Under the pieces are notes generated by a model. The model saw nothing but the letters and a program-made list of their open reading frames with translations. It was not told where the DNA came from and did no database searches. A DNA stretch of 40,821 bases, taken from positions 1 through 40,821 of the IMG/VR virus record IMGVR_UViG_3300038520_001860; one strand, 5' to 3'. The DNA comes from a virus (taxonomy: Duplodnaviria > Caudoviricetes). The position numbers and the translations under genes are program-made. Below are positions 8,285 to 18,543 of the stretch, piece after piece; positions within the stretch are counted from its first letter, which is position 1; each line of letters begins with the position of its first letter.

Positions 8285-11200
8285 ATGGCTTTTGCAGTAG
8301 CAGACAGAGTAAGAGAAACAACAACAACCACGGGGACAGGCACCCTTAATTTAGATGGTGCTGTATCTGGTTTTAGAACTTTTGTATCTGGTATTGGTGA
8401 CGGCAACGTAACTTATTATGCAATCGTTCACAGAACATCAGCAGAGTTTGAAATAGGTATTGGCACAGTCACCGACGCATCAACAGACACGCTTTCAAGA
8501 ACAACTGTTCTATCAAGTTCTAACAGCAACAGTGCAGTAACGTTTAGTGCAGGAACAAAAGATGTATTTTGCACACAACCAGCAAGCAAAGCTGTGTTTG
8601 AAGATAATAACGCTGATGTCACATTGCCCGATGATCTTATACTTGGATCAGACTCCGCAGTATTAAAGTTTGGCGCAGACTCTGATACTACTCTGACTCA
8701 CACAGATGGCACAGGGCTTACACTAAACTCTACTAATAAATTAACATTTGGAGATGCTACGAGCTTCGTCCAACAAGGTTCTGACGGTGTTTTACGAATA
8801 GACGGCGAGGCTACCATTGATCTTAATGCGTCGACAGCGGTCACAGTTAGTAACGATTTAAAATTAGACAGTGATAGTGCTGTTCTTGGTTTTGGAGAAG
8901 ATAACGATATTACGATAACTCATGCCGCCGATACAGGACTAACGGTCAACGGCACGTTTACGGCAACAGGTTTTATAATTGGATCTGCAAACATTAACGA
9001 AGCTGAGTTAGAAACAATAGATGGAGTAACAGCTGGAACTGTTGCAGCCAGTAAAGCTGTTGTTGTTGACTCAAACAAAGACATAGGGTCGTTTAGAAAT
9101 GTTACACTTACTGGTGAATTGGATGCTGCCACATTAGATATATCTGGTGACGCTGACATAGATGGCACTTTAGAAACAGACGCTTTGTCTATAAACGGAA
9201 CTGCAGTAACATCAACAGCGGCGGAGTTAAATTTAGTAGACGGAATTACAGCAGGCACCGTGTCTGCATCGTTGGCTGTTATTGTTGACTCAAACAAAGA
9301 TATAACAGGTTTTAGAAACGTCACATTAACTGGTGAATTAGACGCAGCAACCTTGGACATATCTGGCAATGCAGACATAGATGGCACGACAAATCTAGAC
9401 AACACAGACATTGATGGCACGTTAGTGGTCGATGGCTCTAACATTTCACTAGATAGTACCTCAACTTTAAATATAGACAACTCTAATACATCTAATGGTA
9501 TTACTATTGGAACAGCTACATCGGGAGTTCCAATATCTATTGGACACTCAACTTCTGAAACAACAGTAAATGATAACTTAACTGTTACAGGAGACTTAAC
9601 AGTTAGTGGTACAACAACTACAGTAAACTCAACCACTGTAAATTTAAATGACCATAATATTGTTTTAGATACAGGAAATAGCACATCTGCAGTTGTTAAT
9701 GGTGCAGGCATAACTATTGAAGGTGGTTCTGGAGATGATGCTACATTTACATATAATACTTCAGGCCCTAAATTTGAATTAAAACTTGGATCATCACATG
9801 AAGATTTACAAATAGATCAACTCATTGCTGCATCTCTTGATATATCAGGAGACGTAGATGTAGACGGCACTTTAGAAACAGATGCTTTATCTATAAATGG
9901 AACCGCAGTAACCTCAACAGCTGCAGAGTTAAATTTAGTAGACGGGATTACAGCAGGAACAGTGTCAGCTTCATTGGCTGTAATTGCAGATTCTAATAAA
10001 GATGTGTCAGGATTTAGAAACATAACATTAACTGGTGAATTGGATGCTGCTACACTAGATATATCTGGTAATGCAGATATTGACGGCACACTAGAAGCCG
10101 ATGCAATTACGGTGGATGGAACTGCTCTTGCCACATTAATTGCAGCAACTACAGTAACAAATTCTACAAACGCAGCACACGTATCTGTGGCTGATAATGA
10201 AAGCACAAACGAAAATAATTTAATACCTTTTATTGAAGACACATCTGCTACTGGTAACGTTGGATTAGAATCAGATGGTGACTTTACATACAATCCAAGC
10301 ACAGGCAGACTGACAGCGACACAGCTAGCTGGTACACTACAAACTGCGGCTCAAGCAAATATTACATCTCTTGGCACGTTGACCACACTAACTGTGGACA
10401 ATGTAATAATAAATGGAACAACGATTGGTCACACAGATGACACTGATTTGATAACAGTGGCTGATGGTATTGCAACTGTGGCTGGTGAAATATCTGTGAC
10501 TACTCTAGACATAGGTGGCACGAATGTCACATCAACAGCTGCAGAGCTGAATATTTTAGATGGTGTAACAGCGACAGCCTCGGAATTAAATTTACTAGAT
10601 GGGGGCACTTCAGTTGGCAGTTCAATAACGCTAGCAAATGGCGATGGTATTGTGACTAACGATGGTGGCACCATGAAAACCATACCAGCATCAGACATTA
10701 AAACTTATGTTGGTGCAGCAGCGGGTGCGTTTTCTATAGCAAACCTAGACATCGACGGTGGCACTGACATTGGTGCAGATTTAGTCGGTGATGATTTAAT
10801 TATAGTCGATGATGGAGCAGGAGGTACTAATCGTAAAGCAACATTAACTAGACTAATGACTTTTGTTAACGCAAATGTTAGTGGAGGAGGAGGTTCTACG
10901 GCAGCTGATGATATTTCAGCAGGGGATGCAGCCATAAATCTTACTACAACATCTGGCAATATTACAATAGATGCGCAAGCCAATGACAGTGATATTATAT
11001 TTAAAGGAACTGATGGAGGAGCAGACACAACCTTTTTAACGATAGATGGATCAGACGCTGGTAAAGCGTTATTTAATGCTGGTGCAACTTTTTCAAGTAA
11101 TGTTTCAATCTCGACTGCTGATAATACAGACACACTTACATTAAAATCTACAGATGCAGATGCAAATGCTGGACCTGTCTTAAATTTACAAAGGGATTCA

Positions 11201-12388
11201 GGAAGCCCCGCTGATGATGATTTAGTTGGTAGTATTAGATATTCTGCAGATAATGATGCTGGAGAACAAACAAATCTTTTTCAAACAAATGTTTTTTTAG
11301 CCGATGCATCAGATGGAAGTGAAGATTTCCAATTTGAAATGGATGGTATGATTGCAGGCACACAAAGAAATTTTCTTACAATGAGTGCAGGTGCTATTAT
11401 TTTTAACGAAGACTCACAAGACATAGACTTTCGAGTAGAATCTAACGGCAATACCCACATGTTATTTGTTGATGCTGGTAACGATAAAGTAGGTATTGGA
11501 GAAACTACAGTCGCAGACATAGATGCTACACTTCATGTAAAAACAGCAGATAGTGGAGGCACTTTTCACTCTGAAGGAGACGAATTAGGTGTTGAAAATT
11601 CAAGTCATGCAGGTATTTCAATATTAAGTGGAACTTCATCTAATGGGGCTCTTTTGTTTGGGGATAGTGGTGATAATAACATAGGTAGAATTGTTTATGG
11701 CCATAGTAATAATGATCTTAAATTTTTTACCAATGCTACAGATCAAATGACACTTAGTTCTGCTGGACTGTTAACAGTTGATGGTGGAGTCGAAATTGAT
11801 AATATAACAATAGATGGAACAGAAATAGATTTAAGTTCAGGTGATTTAACTTTTGATGTTGCTGGAGACATAATCTTTGATGCAGCAGGAAACGACTTTA
11901 AGTATCAATGTGGAGGAACACAATTCTTTACTATTCAAAGAAATAATAGTGATTCAACTGCTGAACTTGTACACCCTACACAAGATAAAGACATTGTGTT
12001 TAAAGGAAATGACGGAGGAAGCGCTATTACTGCTGTTCAGATAGATATGTCAGATGCGGGCGCCATAATCTGTAAAGGTAACGTCACAGCCTTTGGATCT
12101 CCATCAGATATAAGACTAAAAGAAAACATTGAGGTTATACCAAATGCTCTTGATAAAGTATCAGAGTTACGAGGAGTTACATTTAATTACAAAAAAGATG
12201 GCAAGAAATCTACAGGGTTAATCGCACAGGAGTTAGAAAAAGTATTACCAGAAGTAGTATACGATACACACGAAATAGGTAATGATGATGAAGAATTTAA
12301 AGCGGTTAGATATGGCAACGTTGTTGGATTACTTGTTGAGGCAATCAAAGAATTAAAAGCTGAAATACAAGAATTAAAGAAAGGTTAA
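8285..12388 (+). CDS. Long tail fibre / receptor-binding protein with C-terminal intramolecular chaperone (Peptidase_S74)
   Basis: N-terminal DRVRETTTTTGTG anchor; G/T/D/S-rich beta repeats; SDIRLKENI...GLIAQE...LVEAIKEL from about 12104. Confidence 0.9.
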   Translation: MAFAVADRVRETTTTTGTGTLNLDGAVSGFRTFVSGIGDGNVTYYAIVHRTSAEFEIGIGTVTDASTDTLSRTTVLSSSNSNSAVTFSAGTKDVFCTQPASKAVFEDNNADVTLPDDLILGSDSAVLKFGADSDTTLTHTDGTGLTLNSTNKLTFGDATSFVQQGSDGVLRIDGEATIDLNASTAVTVSNDLKLDSDSAVLGFGEDNDITITHAADTGLTVNGTFTATGFIIGSANINEAELETIDGVTAGTVAASKAVVVDSNKDIGSFRNVTLTGELDAATLDISGDADIDGTLETDALSINGTAVTSTAAELNLVDGITAGTVSASLAVIVDSNKDITGFRNVTLTGELDAATLDISGNADIDGTTNLDNTDIDGTLVVDGSNISLDSTSTLNIDNSNTSNGITIGTATSGVPISIGHSTSETTVNDNLTVTGDLTVSGTTTTVNSTTVNLNDHNIVLDTGNSTSAVVNGAGITIEGGSGDDATFTYNTSGPKFELKLGSSHEDLQIDQLIAASLDISGDVDVDGTLETDALSINGTAVTSTAAELNLVDGITAGTVSASLAVIADSNKDVSGFRNITLTGELDAATLDISGNADIDGTLEADAITVDGTALATLIAATTVTNSTNAAHVSVADNESTNENNLIPFIEDTSATGNVGLESDGDFTYNPSTGRLTATQLAGTLQTAAQANITSLGTLTTLTVDNVIINGTTIGHTDDTDLITVADGIATVAGEISVTTLDIGGTNVTSTAAELNILDGVTATASELNLLDGGTSVGSSITLANGDGIVTNDGGTMKTIPASDIKTYVGAAAGAFSIANLDIDGGTDIGADLVGDDLIIVDDGAGGTNRKATLTRLMTFVNANVSGGGGSTAADDISAGDAAINLTTTSGNITIDAQANDSDIIFKGTDGGADTTFLTIDGSDAGKALFNAGATFSSNVSISTADNTDTLTLKSTDADANAGPVLNLQRDSGSPADDDLVGSIRYSADNDAGEQTNLFQTNVFLADASDGSEDFQFEMDGMIAGTQRNFLTMSAGAIIFNEDSQDIDFRVESNGNTHMLFVDAGNDKVGIGETTVADIDATLHVKTADSGGTFHSEGDELGVENSSHAGISILSGTSSNGALLFGDSGDNNIGRIVYGHSNNDLKFFTNATDQMTLSSAGLLTVDGGVEIDNITIDGTEIDLSSGDLTFDVAGDIIFDAAGNDFKYQCGGTQFFTIQRNNSDSTAELVHPTQDKDIVFKGNDGGSAITAVQIDMSDAGAIICKGNVTAFGSPSDIRLKENIEVIPNALDKVSELRGVTFNYKKDGKKSTGLIAQELEKVLPEVVYDTHEIGNDDEEFKAVRYGNVVGLLVEAIKELKAEIQELKKG
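9019..10100 (+). repeat. Internal coding repeats of the tail fibre
   Basis: Three copies of GxTAGTVxAS.AV..DSNKD...FRNxTLTGELDAATLDISGxADIDGT and two of LETDALSINGTAVTSTAAELNLVDG. Confidence 0.9.
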
Positions 12389-12397
12389 AAAATTTTT

Positions 12398-12985
12398 ATG
12401 ACGATTGTTAGTAGCGGCGCTATCTCAATTAATTCTTTGGTAGGAGAATACGGGGGGTCTGCTCCTCACGCAATGAATGAATATTATCGAGGTGGCTCAT
12501 TAGTTGCAAACCATTCCAATAATGGAAACGTGCCCACGTCGGGCACAATTCAACTTGATGATTTTTATGGCGCCAATAATACGAGCCCTGCGCCAACAGT
12601 TTACAGCTATAGTTTAACTTGTGGGACTGACGGTGGAACTGGAAATGGGTTTAGGAATAGTGGAGGTACTTCTTACGGGTCTTTAGGCAGTAACCCTCAA
12701 TCTACTGCATTTGCAGGGGGATTTAATCCAACAATAGTAAGATGGGATTCAGTAACAGTTAAATCGAATAGTGACATAAGATTAACTGCTAGTGGAACTT
12801 TAAACAATAGTGGTTTTACAAGTATAACAATGCCATCGGGCATATTAACAAGTAGTAGTAATCAGACTTTAAATAGGACAGCAGCTCAATATTCTACTGG
12901 AGGCGGTGAAACTGAGTGGCGATGGGACGGCACAAGTTTTAACTTTAACAGTAGTGGAACAGGAACAGTAAATATTACCGAATGA
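12398..12985 (+). CDS. Tail-fibre-associated protein (adhesin/tip-like)
   Basis: SSGAIS..L..EYGG..P..MNEYYRGG...VPTSG.I...DFYG N-terminus typical of fibre-tip proteins; G/S/T-rich. Confidence 0.65.
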   Translation: MTIVSSGAISINSLVGEYGGSAPHAMNEYYRGGSLVANHSNNGNVPTSGTIQLDDFYGANNTSPAPTVYSYSLTCGTDGGTGNGFRNSGGTSYGSLGSNPQSTAFAGGFNPTIVRWDSVTVKSNSDIRLTASGTLNNSGFTSITMPSGILTSSSNQTLNRTAAQYSTGGGETEWRWDGTSFNFNSSGTGTVNITE

Positions 12986-13338
12986 TTTTAGAATACGAAA
13001 AAAAACAATCTGTTTATGCAGAAAAAGCCTGCGAGCATGTAGTCAACGGTGTTATTCGTTTAGATGATTTAATACGCACTGATTATATTCCTACAAACTT
13101 TTCAGCAGAATCTAAAAACTTTTTGCTTAGAGACGGTCACGTTGATTGGGATAAAATGCATTATAATTTTGAATTAAAAATACACGAAGAATGGTTAAAG
13201 GAACTTGGATATGACACAGAAAATTATTATGTAGATTTTACAACTCACAAAATTATAGACAAAAGAAAACTAACGTCGGAATATAAGCTTAATAATTTTG
13301 ATGAAGAACAAGAGTTAACAGAAAGTAAGAGTATATAG
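12982..13338 (+). CDS. Hypothetical protein
   Basis: ATGA-coupled ORF in an AT-rich island. Confidence 0.65.
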   Translation: MILEYEKKQSVYAEKACEHVVNGVIRLDDLIRTDYIPTNFSAESKNFLLRDGHVDWDKMHYNFELKIHEEWLKELGYDTENYYVDFTTHKIIDKRKLTSEYKLNNFDEEQELTESKSI

Positions 13339-14052
13339 ATGGCAATAAAATACGAATTTAGTGCTAAACAGCCTTCGTGGTCCATGAATGTTGATGATCT
13401 ATTTCAAACAACAGTCGTATCTGGTGATATAGGCAAAGTTATTGACCGAGACTCGATGGATGATGTTGTGAAACCAGAAACTGTTGCATACGATAGTGAA
13501 AGCAATAAAGTTTTTGGTAGAACAAATAGAATATCATTAGTGCAAGGTAAAGTAGAACATACCTCTTATTGGAACGATAATGATAATATTACAGCAGCTG
13601 ACATTGATAGAATGAAAGCTCTCAACAACAATGACAAAGTAAGACAGGGCGATTTTACTGAAAGCACAACAGAGGATGCAATTGCAAACAAAAAATATTT
13701 GTACACATATAAATTTGGTGCAGACTATGATGTCATAAGTCCAAACTCTACCAGACACTTACTTGCTGTAGGAGCGAAGCTAAAAGCTCTTGAAGATGAT
13801 ACTAGATTATTTTGTGTTTTATCTAAAGATGAAAATTTTGAAATAGATGTTTTAGATATTCCTGTTGGTGAAACAAAAACAATAAATCGAGATTATAATT
13901 CAAACTCATTAAAATATATTTTCTTTAGTCAAAATTGCACTGTAGGTGCAGCTCAGATAGAGCAATACACTTGCAGAAAGTTTACAAGTATTTCTATTGC
14001 AGTAGAGAACACATCAGATAAAGTTTTAAGAATATTTTTAATATCGAGGTAA
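13339..14052 (+). CDS. Hypothetical protein
   Basis: 237-aa ORF abutting its neighbours. Confidence 0.7.
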   Translation: MAIKYEFSAKQPSWSMNVDDLFQTTVVSGDIGKVIDRDSMDDVVKPETVAYDSESNKVFGRTNRISLVQGKVEHTSYWNDNDNITAADIDRMKALNNNDKVRQGDFTESTTEDAIANKKYLYTYKFGADYDVISPNSTRHLLAVGAKLKALEDDTRLFCVLSKDENFEIDVLDIPVGETKTINRDYNSNSLKYIFFSQNCTVGAAQIEQYTCRKFTSISIAVENTSDKVLRIFLISR

Positions 14053-14054
14053 AT

Positions 14055-14906
14055 ATGTGGAATTTATATAAAATTGGAAAGTCATTAAATGACATTGTTC
14101 AGATATACAATAAATCTGAGGAACAAATGGAAGAAGATAAACTGGGTATTCCAGTCACAACATTATATAGGGAAATGCAATTTCCATTTGGTTTGATGAT
14201 GATGAATAAAACTACTCAAACAACTTTAGGTCAAGATGTTGTATGGGGTAGAAAACACAATGATAAAGAGTATGTTGAAAAAACAGTTTTGCCTAAATTG
14301 ATGGATATGAATTATTTGTCTTCATTGCCATCTAATACAGTAGGTGCAGAATATTATAAAATTGTACGCAATCTTGGGCTTGAAGTTTTATACAACCAAA
14401 GATTTAAAGATGAAGAAGTTAAATCTCGTTTGGATATTGTAAGAACAAACCTATCTCGTCATGTAGTGATTACACACGACATTTTACACACACTTTTTAA
14501 ATACAATACTCATACACTGGGTGAGGGATTAATACAAGAAGTTACAGGACATCTTTTAGATTACAAACCATCACAAATAATTGGTTTTGTTGTTATGTTG
14601 TCTGTTGCAAAAAGAACAGGAAACTACAGGGGTGTTTGGAAAGTTTACAAAGAGTGTAAAACAAATTTAAAAAATTGTGTTAAAGAATTAGGATTATACA
14701 GTCCATTAGATTTTATAGAAAATGATTTAGAAGAAGTTAGGAAAAAGTTTAATATTGGTGAAGTGCCTATCTATGAGGAATTTGAAAAAAGATACCATAA
14801 TCATTTAACACCTTACTCTTGCAGACAAATAGAAAAACGGGTTTACGATGCGTGGCAACTTCCATTACATAAAAATAACAAGGAAAATAAGGTAAAAGAA
14901 ATATGA
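14055..14906 (+). CDS. Coq4-family-like metalloprotein
   Basis: LSSLPSNTVGAEY and HDILHTLFKYNTHTLGE match the Coq4 LxxLPxxTxGxxY and HDxxH-x11-E motifs. Confidence 0.7.
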   Translation: MWNLYKIGKSLNDIVQIYNKSEEQMEEDKLGIPVTTLYREMQFPFGLMMMNKTTQTTLGQDVVWGRKHNDKEYVEKTVLPKLMDMNYLSSLPSNTVGAEYYKIVRNLGLEVLYNQRFKDEEVKSRLDIVRTNLSRHVVITHDILHTLFKYNTHTLGEGLIQEVTGHLLDYKPSQIIGFVVMLSVAKRTGNYRGVWKVYKECKTNLKNCVKELGLYSPLDFIENDLEEVRKKFNIGEVPIYEEFEKRYHNHLTPYSCRQIEKRVYDAWQLPLHKNNKENKVKEI

Positions 14907-15112
14907 AGTGGAACTGGCCTTTACTACGAATTATAATTAATTTTTATAAAAAACATGGCTTAATTAAGACTATACTTTGGCTAATATTTATATTTATTGG
15001 AACTAAAATTGTTGTTATTAATGGTTTTATTTATGCTGCAAATTTTTTATTTGGTTTTGGTTGGAAATATGCGCCAATCCTAGATTATTTAAATCTTTTA
15101 ATTTATTTTTAA
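14903..15112 (+). CDS. Small membrane protein
   Basis: Very hydrophobic 69 aa; ATGA-coupled. Confidence 0.6.
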   Translation: MKWNWPLLRIIINFYKKHGLIKTILWLIFIFIGTKIVVINGFIYAANFLFGFGWKYAPILDYLNLLIYF

Positions 15113-15133
15113 AAAGGAAGGATAATATAAGAA

Positions 15134-15304
15134 ATGAACGACAAACAATCTAAATACGTCAACAACGTAATTGCGTTGTTAACAAAACAAAGAAACGACG
15201 CCTTGGATTTAAACACCAAGCTACAGGCTGATTTAATTACAGCGCAAATGGAGCTAGCAGAGTTGAAAAAAGAAGAAGAAAAAGAAGAGGAAAAGGTTAA
15301 CTAA
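15134..15304 (+). CDS. Small coiled-coil protein (56 aa); not in the ORF track
   Basis: MNDKQSKYVNNVIALLTKQRNDALDLNTKLQADL...EEKVN*; AAGGA upstream; TAATG coupling. Confidence 0.7.
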   Translation: MNDKQSKYVNNVIALLTKQRNDALDLNTKLQADLITAQMELAELKKEEEKEEEKVN

Positions 15305-15543
15305 TGGCAACAGAAAACTGGTCACCAGTGTTTGTATTAGAGGCAATCGGCGCAGATATTGTGACCGAATTTGAAACTTCTGCTTTTGGTGCAGTGGCTT
15401 TTGGTGTAGTATCATTTGGAGGTAGCCCAGATATAGGTCGAGAATTTTGGGCTGATATATCAGCGTCAGCAAATGCTGAGTCTTGGTCTAGTATATCAGC
15501 TTCATCAAACACAGAGTCTTGGTCGGAGATCAGTGCTGCATAG
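15304..15543 (+). CDS. Small putative virion protein with Trp repeats
   Basis: Three 12-aa units ExWxxISAS. Confidence 0.65.
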   Translation: MATENWSPVFVLEAIGADIVTEFETSAFGAVAFGVVSFGGSPDIGREFWADISASANAESWSSISASSNTESWSEISAA

Positions 15544-15551
15544 GAGATTAT

Positions 15552-15974
15552 ATGGCAATAACACAAGCAGTATGCAATTCATTCAAGCAAGAGCTTCTTC
15601 AAGGTCTACATGATCTTGATGGACATACGCTTAAACTTGCTCTGTATACATCGAGCGCCACACTAGGGCCAACGACCACTGCTTTTTCTACGACAAACGA
15701 ATCAAGCGGCACCAACTATACATCAGGCGGTGCAACCATATCAAACGTCGCTGTATCATTATCTGGCACAGTGGCTTTTGTGGATTTTGATGATGTGTCT
15801 TTTTCAAGCGCAACCATATCTGACGCTGCTGGGGCACTCATTTATAATTCCTCAGCGAGCAATCGTGCAATCGCTGTGTTAGATTTTGGTGGCACCAAGT
15901 CTGTATCTAGTGGCACGCTAACTGTAACTTTACCATCGGCATCTGCAACAACAGCTTTGATAAGGATAAGTTAA
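15552..15974 (+). CDS. Virion structural (tail) protein
   Basis: SD AGGAG before ATG 15552; MAITQAVCNSFKQELL.G.H....KLALYTSSA...GALIYN...VLDFGG. Confidence 0.75.
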   Translation: MAITQAVCNSFKQELLQGLHDLDGHTLKLALYTSSATLGPTTTAFSTTNESSGTNYTSGGATISNVAVSLSGTVAFVDFDDVSFSSATISDAAGALIYNSSASNRAIAVLDFGGTKSVSSGTLTVTLPSASATTALIRIS

Positions 15975-17501
15975 ATGCCTTTAACAAAGATGCAAATAGA
16001 AGCAGGGATCTTCAAGGACGATACCGTTTATTCTCAAGAAAACAGGTACGTTGACTCTAATAAAATTCGTTTTATGAAAAGTCGACCTGAAAAGATTGGT
16101 GGTTGGGCAAAGTTAGACACTGATACAATTGCAAGTGGTGTGGCTAGAACGATACTGCCATTTCGTGGTCAAGTAGCCAACAACAAACGATATATTGGCA
16201 TAGGCACACACAGTCATTTATATTTATATGATGATGGTGCAGGCAGTTACATAGACATAACACCTGGATCAAGCTATTCGGCTGGCGCACAACACACAAC
16301 AATTAGTTCTGGAGTGTTTACTTTTGCTGGCATTTGGACGATGGACACATTTGGTGAAGATTTGTTATGTGTCAATAAGATAGGTGGCAAACTATACAAA
16401 TTAGATTTGAGTGCGTACCAAGGTGATGCAAGTACAAACGCAGCTGTTGTCACGGCTGTAACGGGCAGCAGTGTGCCGTCAACGGCCAACGGTGTGATCG
16501 TCAACCAACAATCAAGACAAGTTATTTTGTTTGGTGCACACGATGGCACAAGTGACGCGCCAATGCGTGTTGCATTTTCTGATCTTGAAAACGAAAGAGA
16601 CTTTACACCAACCCTCGATAATTTTGCTGGCGCTGTAGAATTACAAGGAGGCAACCTGCTTCTTGGCGCAGTTAGGACAAAAGGCAACATTTTATTATTT
16701 TCTGATACAACAGCTTTTTCTATGACATTTGTAGGACAACCAGATGTATTTGCATTTCAAACGCTAGCAGAAAACGCAGGAATTGTAGGTCCAAATGCTG
16801 TTGTTGAACATAACGGCATTGTATATTGGATGGGCAACGATGGATTTTATGCATATAGTGGACAAGTGCAAAGCATTCCTTGCACTGTAGAACGTCACGT
16901 ATTTGATAATCTTACCAAACAACAAAAATTAAAATGTTTTGCAGCGTTAAATACTAAATTTAATGAGGTTTGGTGGTTTTATCCGACAGGGTCTAACGAT
17001 GCATCAGACGATATTACAAATTACGTTATATACAATTATCTAGAAAACGTTTGGTCTGTAGGCACATTAGCTAGAGGAGCATGGGCAGCAGAGGGGATCT
17101 ATGACAATCCCCTTGCAACATCTCTTGCAGCATCCAGTTCTGTAATATTTAAACACGAATCAGGGACAGATGACGACGGTTCAGCCATGGAATGTACAAT
17201 AACATCAGGAGATATGGACCTACCGCCGGATGGAGATGATATGATGTATGTCACCGACTTTGTGCCAGATTTTGATGATCAAGTTGGAGATGTTACAGTC
17301 ACTTTAAAATTTAGAGACCATCCAAACGGGACTCAACGCACAGAGGAAACAATCACATCGGGCACAGGCACGACACATCAAAGCATACGTGCTCGAGGTA
17401 GACAAATGTCTATTGTTGTTTCTAGCAACGCCACAAGTTCGCATTGGCGCATGGGTGATCACAGATACAATATACAAGCGGACGGAAAGAGAAACACATG
17501 A
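15975..17501 (+). CDS. Tail nozzle / packaged-DNA stabilisation protein (P22 gp10- or T7 gp12-like)
   Basis: Beta-propeller-like 508 aa; RPEKIGGW, VYWMG..GFY.Y.G, FNEVWWFYP, RARGRQ. Confidence 0.7.
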   Translation: MPLTKMQIEAGIFKDDTVYSQENRYVDSNKIRFMKSRPEKIGGWAKLDTDTIASGVARTILPFRGQVANNKRYIGIGTHSHLYLYDDGAGSYIDITPGSSYSAGAQHTTISSGVFTFAGIWTMDTFGEDLLCVNKIGGKLYKLDLSAYQGDASTNAAVVTAVTGSSVPSTANGVIVNQQSRQVILFGAHDGTSDAPMRVAFSDLENERDFTPTLDNFAGAVELQGGNLLLGAVRTKGNILLFSDTTAFSMTFVGQPDVFAFQTLAENAGIVGPNAVVEHNGIVYWMGNDGFYAYSGQVQSIPCTVERHVFDNLTKQQKLKCFAALNTKFNEVWWFYPTGSNDASDDITNYVIYNYLENVWSVGTLARGAWAAEGIYDNPLATSLAASSSVIFKHESGTDDDGSAMECTITSGDMDLPPDGDDMMYVTDFVPDFDDQVGDVTVTLKFRDHPNGTQRTEETITSGTGTTHQSIRARGRQMSIVVSSNATSSHWRMGDHRYNIQADGKRNT

Positions 17502-17620
17502 GTGAAGAAAACAAGTGTCCCAAGTGTGGTCGAACAATACCTGATGACAAAAATAAATGTGAACACATGGAGTGTAGTTACTCAGAGTTTGAAGTAAAAG
17601 GTAAGATGGGAGACGAATAA
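17498..17620 (+). CDS. Small zinc-ribbon-like protein (40 aa); not in the ORF track
   Basis: MSEENKCPKCGRTIPDDKNKCEHMECSYSEF...; ATGA and TAATG coupling. Confidence 0.7.
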   Translation: MSEENKCPKCGRTIPDDKNKCEHMECSYSEFEVKGKMGDE

Positions 17621-17808
17621 TGTCAGGGACTCGATTTAAACAAATGCCAAGACCTGCGTTTACAAACGCAAATGTTGACCCTTCTTTAAAAGATTATTTA
17701 GATAAATTGTCTGCTGAAATAGAAAAGGGTTTTTTAGAAACTGACAGAGTTGTGACAGAAGAAGACATGTTAGATTCTAATTCTCAACTAACTTGGTTTT
17801 TTGAATAA
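17620..17808 (+). CDS. Small putative tail protein
   Basis: Coupled at both ends. Confidence 0.65.
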   Translation: MSGTRFKQMPRPAFTNANVDPSLKDYLDKLSAEIEKGFLETDRVVTEEDMLDSNSQLTWFFE

Positions 17809-18503
17809 TGCCACAATTATTTAAAAATTTTATTGCAACCACAAACACAACAGGAAGCGCTGTTACATTTTTAGAGTGCCCTGCTGGTAAAACATTAATC
17901 GTTCGTAGCATGACGTCATTTAATGATAATGCAAGCACAGCCACTCAAAAATTACATTTGTTAGATGCATCTGAAAGCACGAGTGACACGATTATTTTTG
18001 GCGATCCAGATGGGTATAGTATAACTAGTAAAAACGCTGTTATTTTTACACTTAATAGATTTGTATTAGAAGAAGGAGATAAAATAGGTTTTGAAACAGA
18101 TGTCAACGCACAACGGATATCGGGCAGTTTTGTGTTATTGGACAGCTCAAGCCGAACAAGATACAAGCACATTTCTAAAAAAGTCACCACAGAGGATAGT
18201 TTTGTAAGTTTAATTACTGCTCCTGCAGGGCACACTGTAATTGTTAAAACTTTAGTTATATCTAACATTTCGGGAACGAATGCTACAGGGTCTGACAATG
18301 AAATTAGGTTGGTTGAGGCAGCCACGAACACATTTGTTCCCATAGCTCAAGGGACTTTAAACAATAATTCCTCAGCTTCTTTTCAAACATCTACGTTTGT
18401 GCTAGAGCCAGGAGATTCAATACAGTCTAGGTTTACCGAACAACCGTACACGGCCACTGTATTTTACCAAGAATTACCAACCCCTTCGGTTAGAGGACAA
18501 TAA
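17808..18503 (+). CDS. Putative tail protein with a duplicated beta domain
   Basis: Two copies of PAGxTxIV...FVLExGDxI. Confidence 0.7.
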   Translation: MPQLFKNFIATTNTTGSAVTFLECPAGKTLIVRSMTSFNDNASTATQKLHLLDASESTSDTIIFGDPDGYSITSKNAVIFTLNRFVLEEGDKIGFETDVNAQRISGSFVLLDSSSRTRYKHISKKVTTEDSFVSLITAPAGHTVIVKTLVISNISGTNATGSDNEIRLVEAATNTFVPIAQGTLNNNSSASFQTSTFVLEPGDSIQSRFTEQPYTATVFYQELPTPSVRGQ

Positions 18504-18543
18504 TGATTGAAAAACTCACAGAATACAGTAGATTAGGACAGAT

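Noticed and set aside
9019-10100. Possible DGR template/variable repeat pair
   Set aside because: Differences are mostly synonymous and not adenine-specific; no reverse transcriptase in the window.
8428-11520. Long minus-strand ORFs within the tail fibre, and similar shadow ORFs across the window
   Set aside because: Antisense shadows of biased codon usage; no SD or motifs, and fully nested in well-supported genes.
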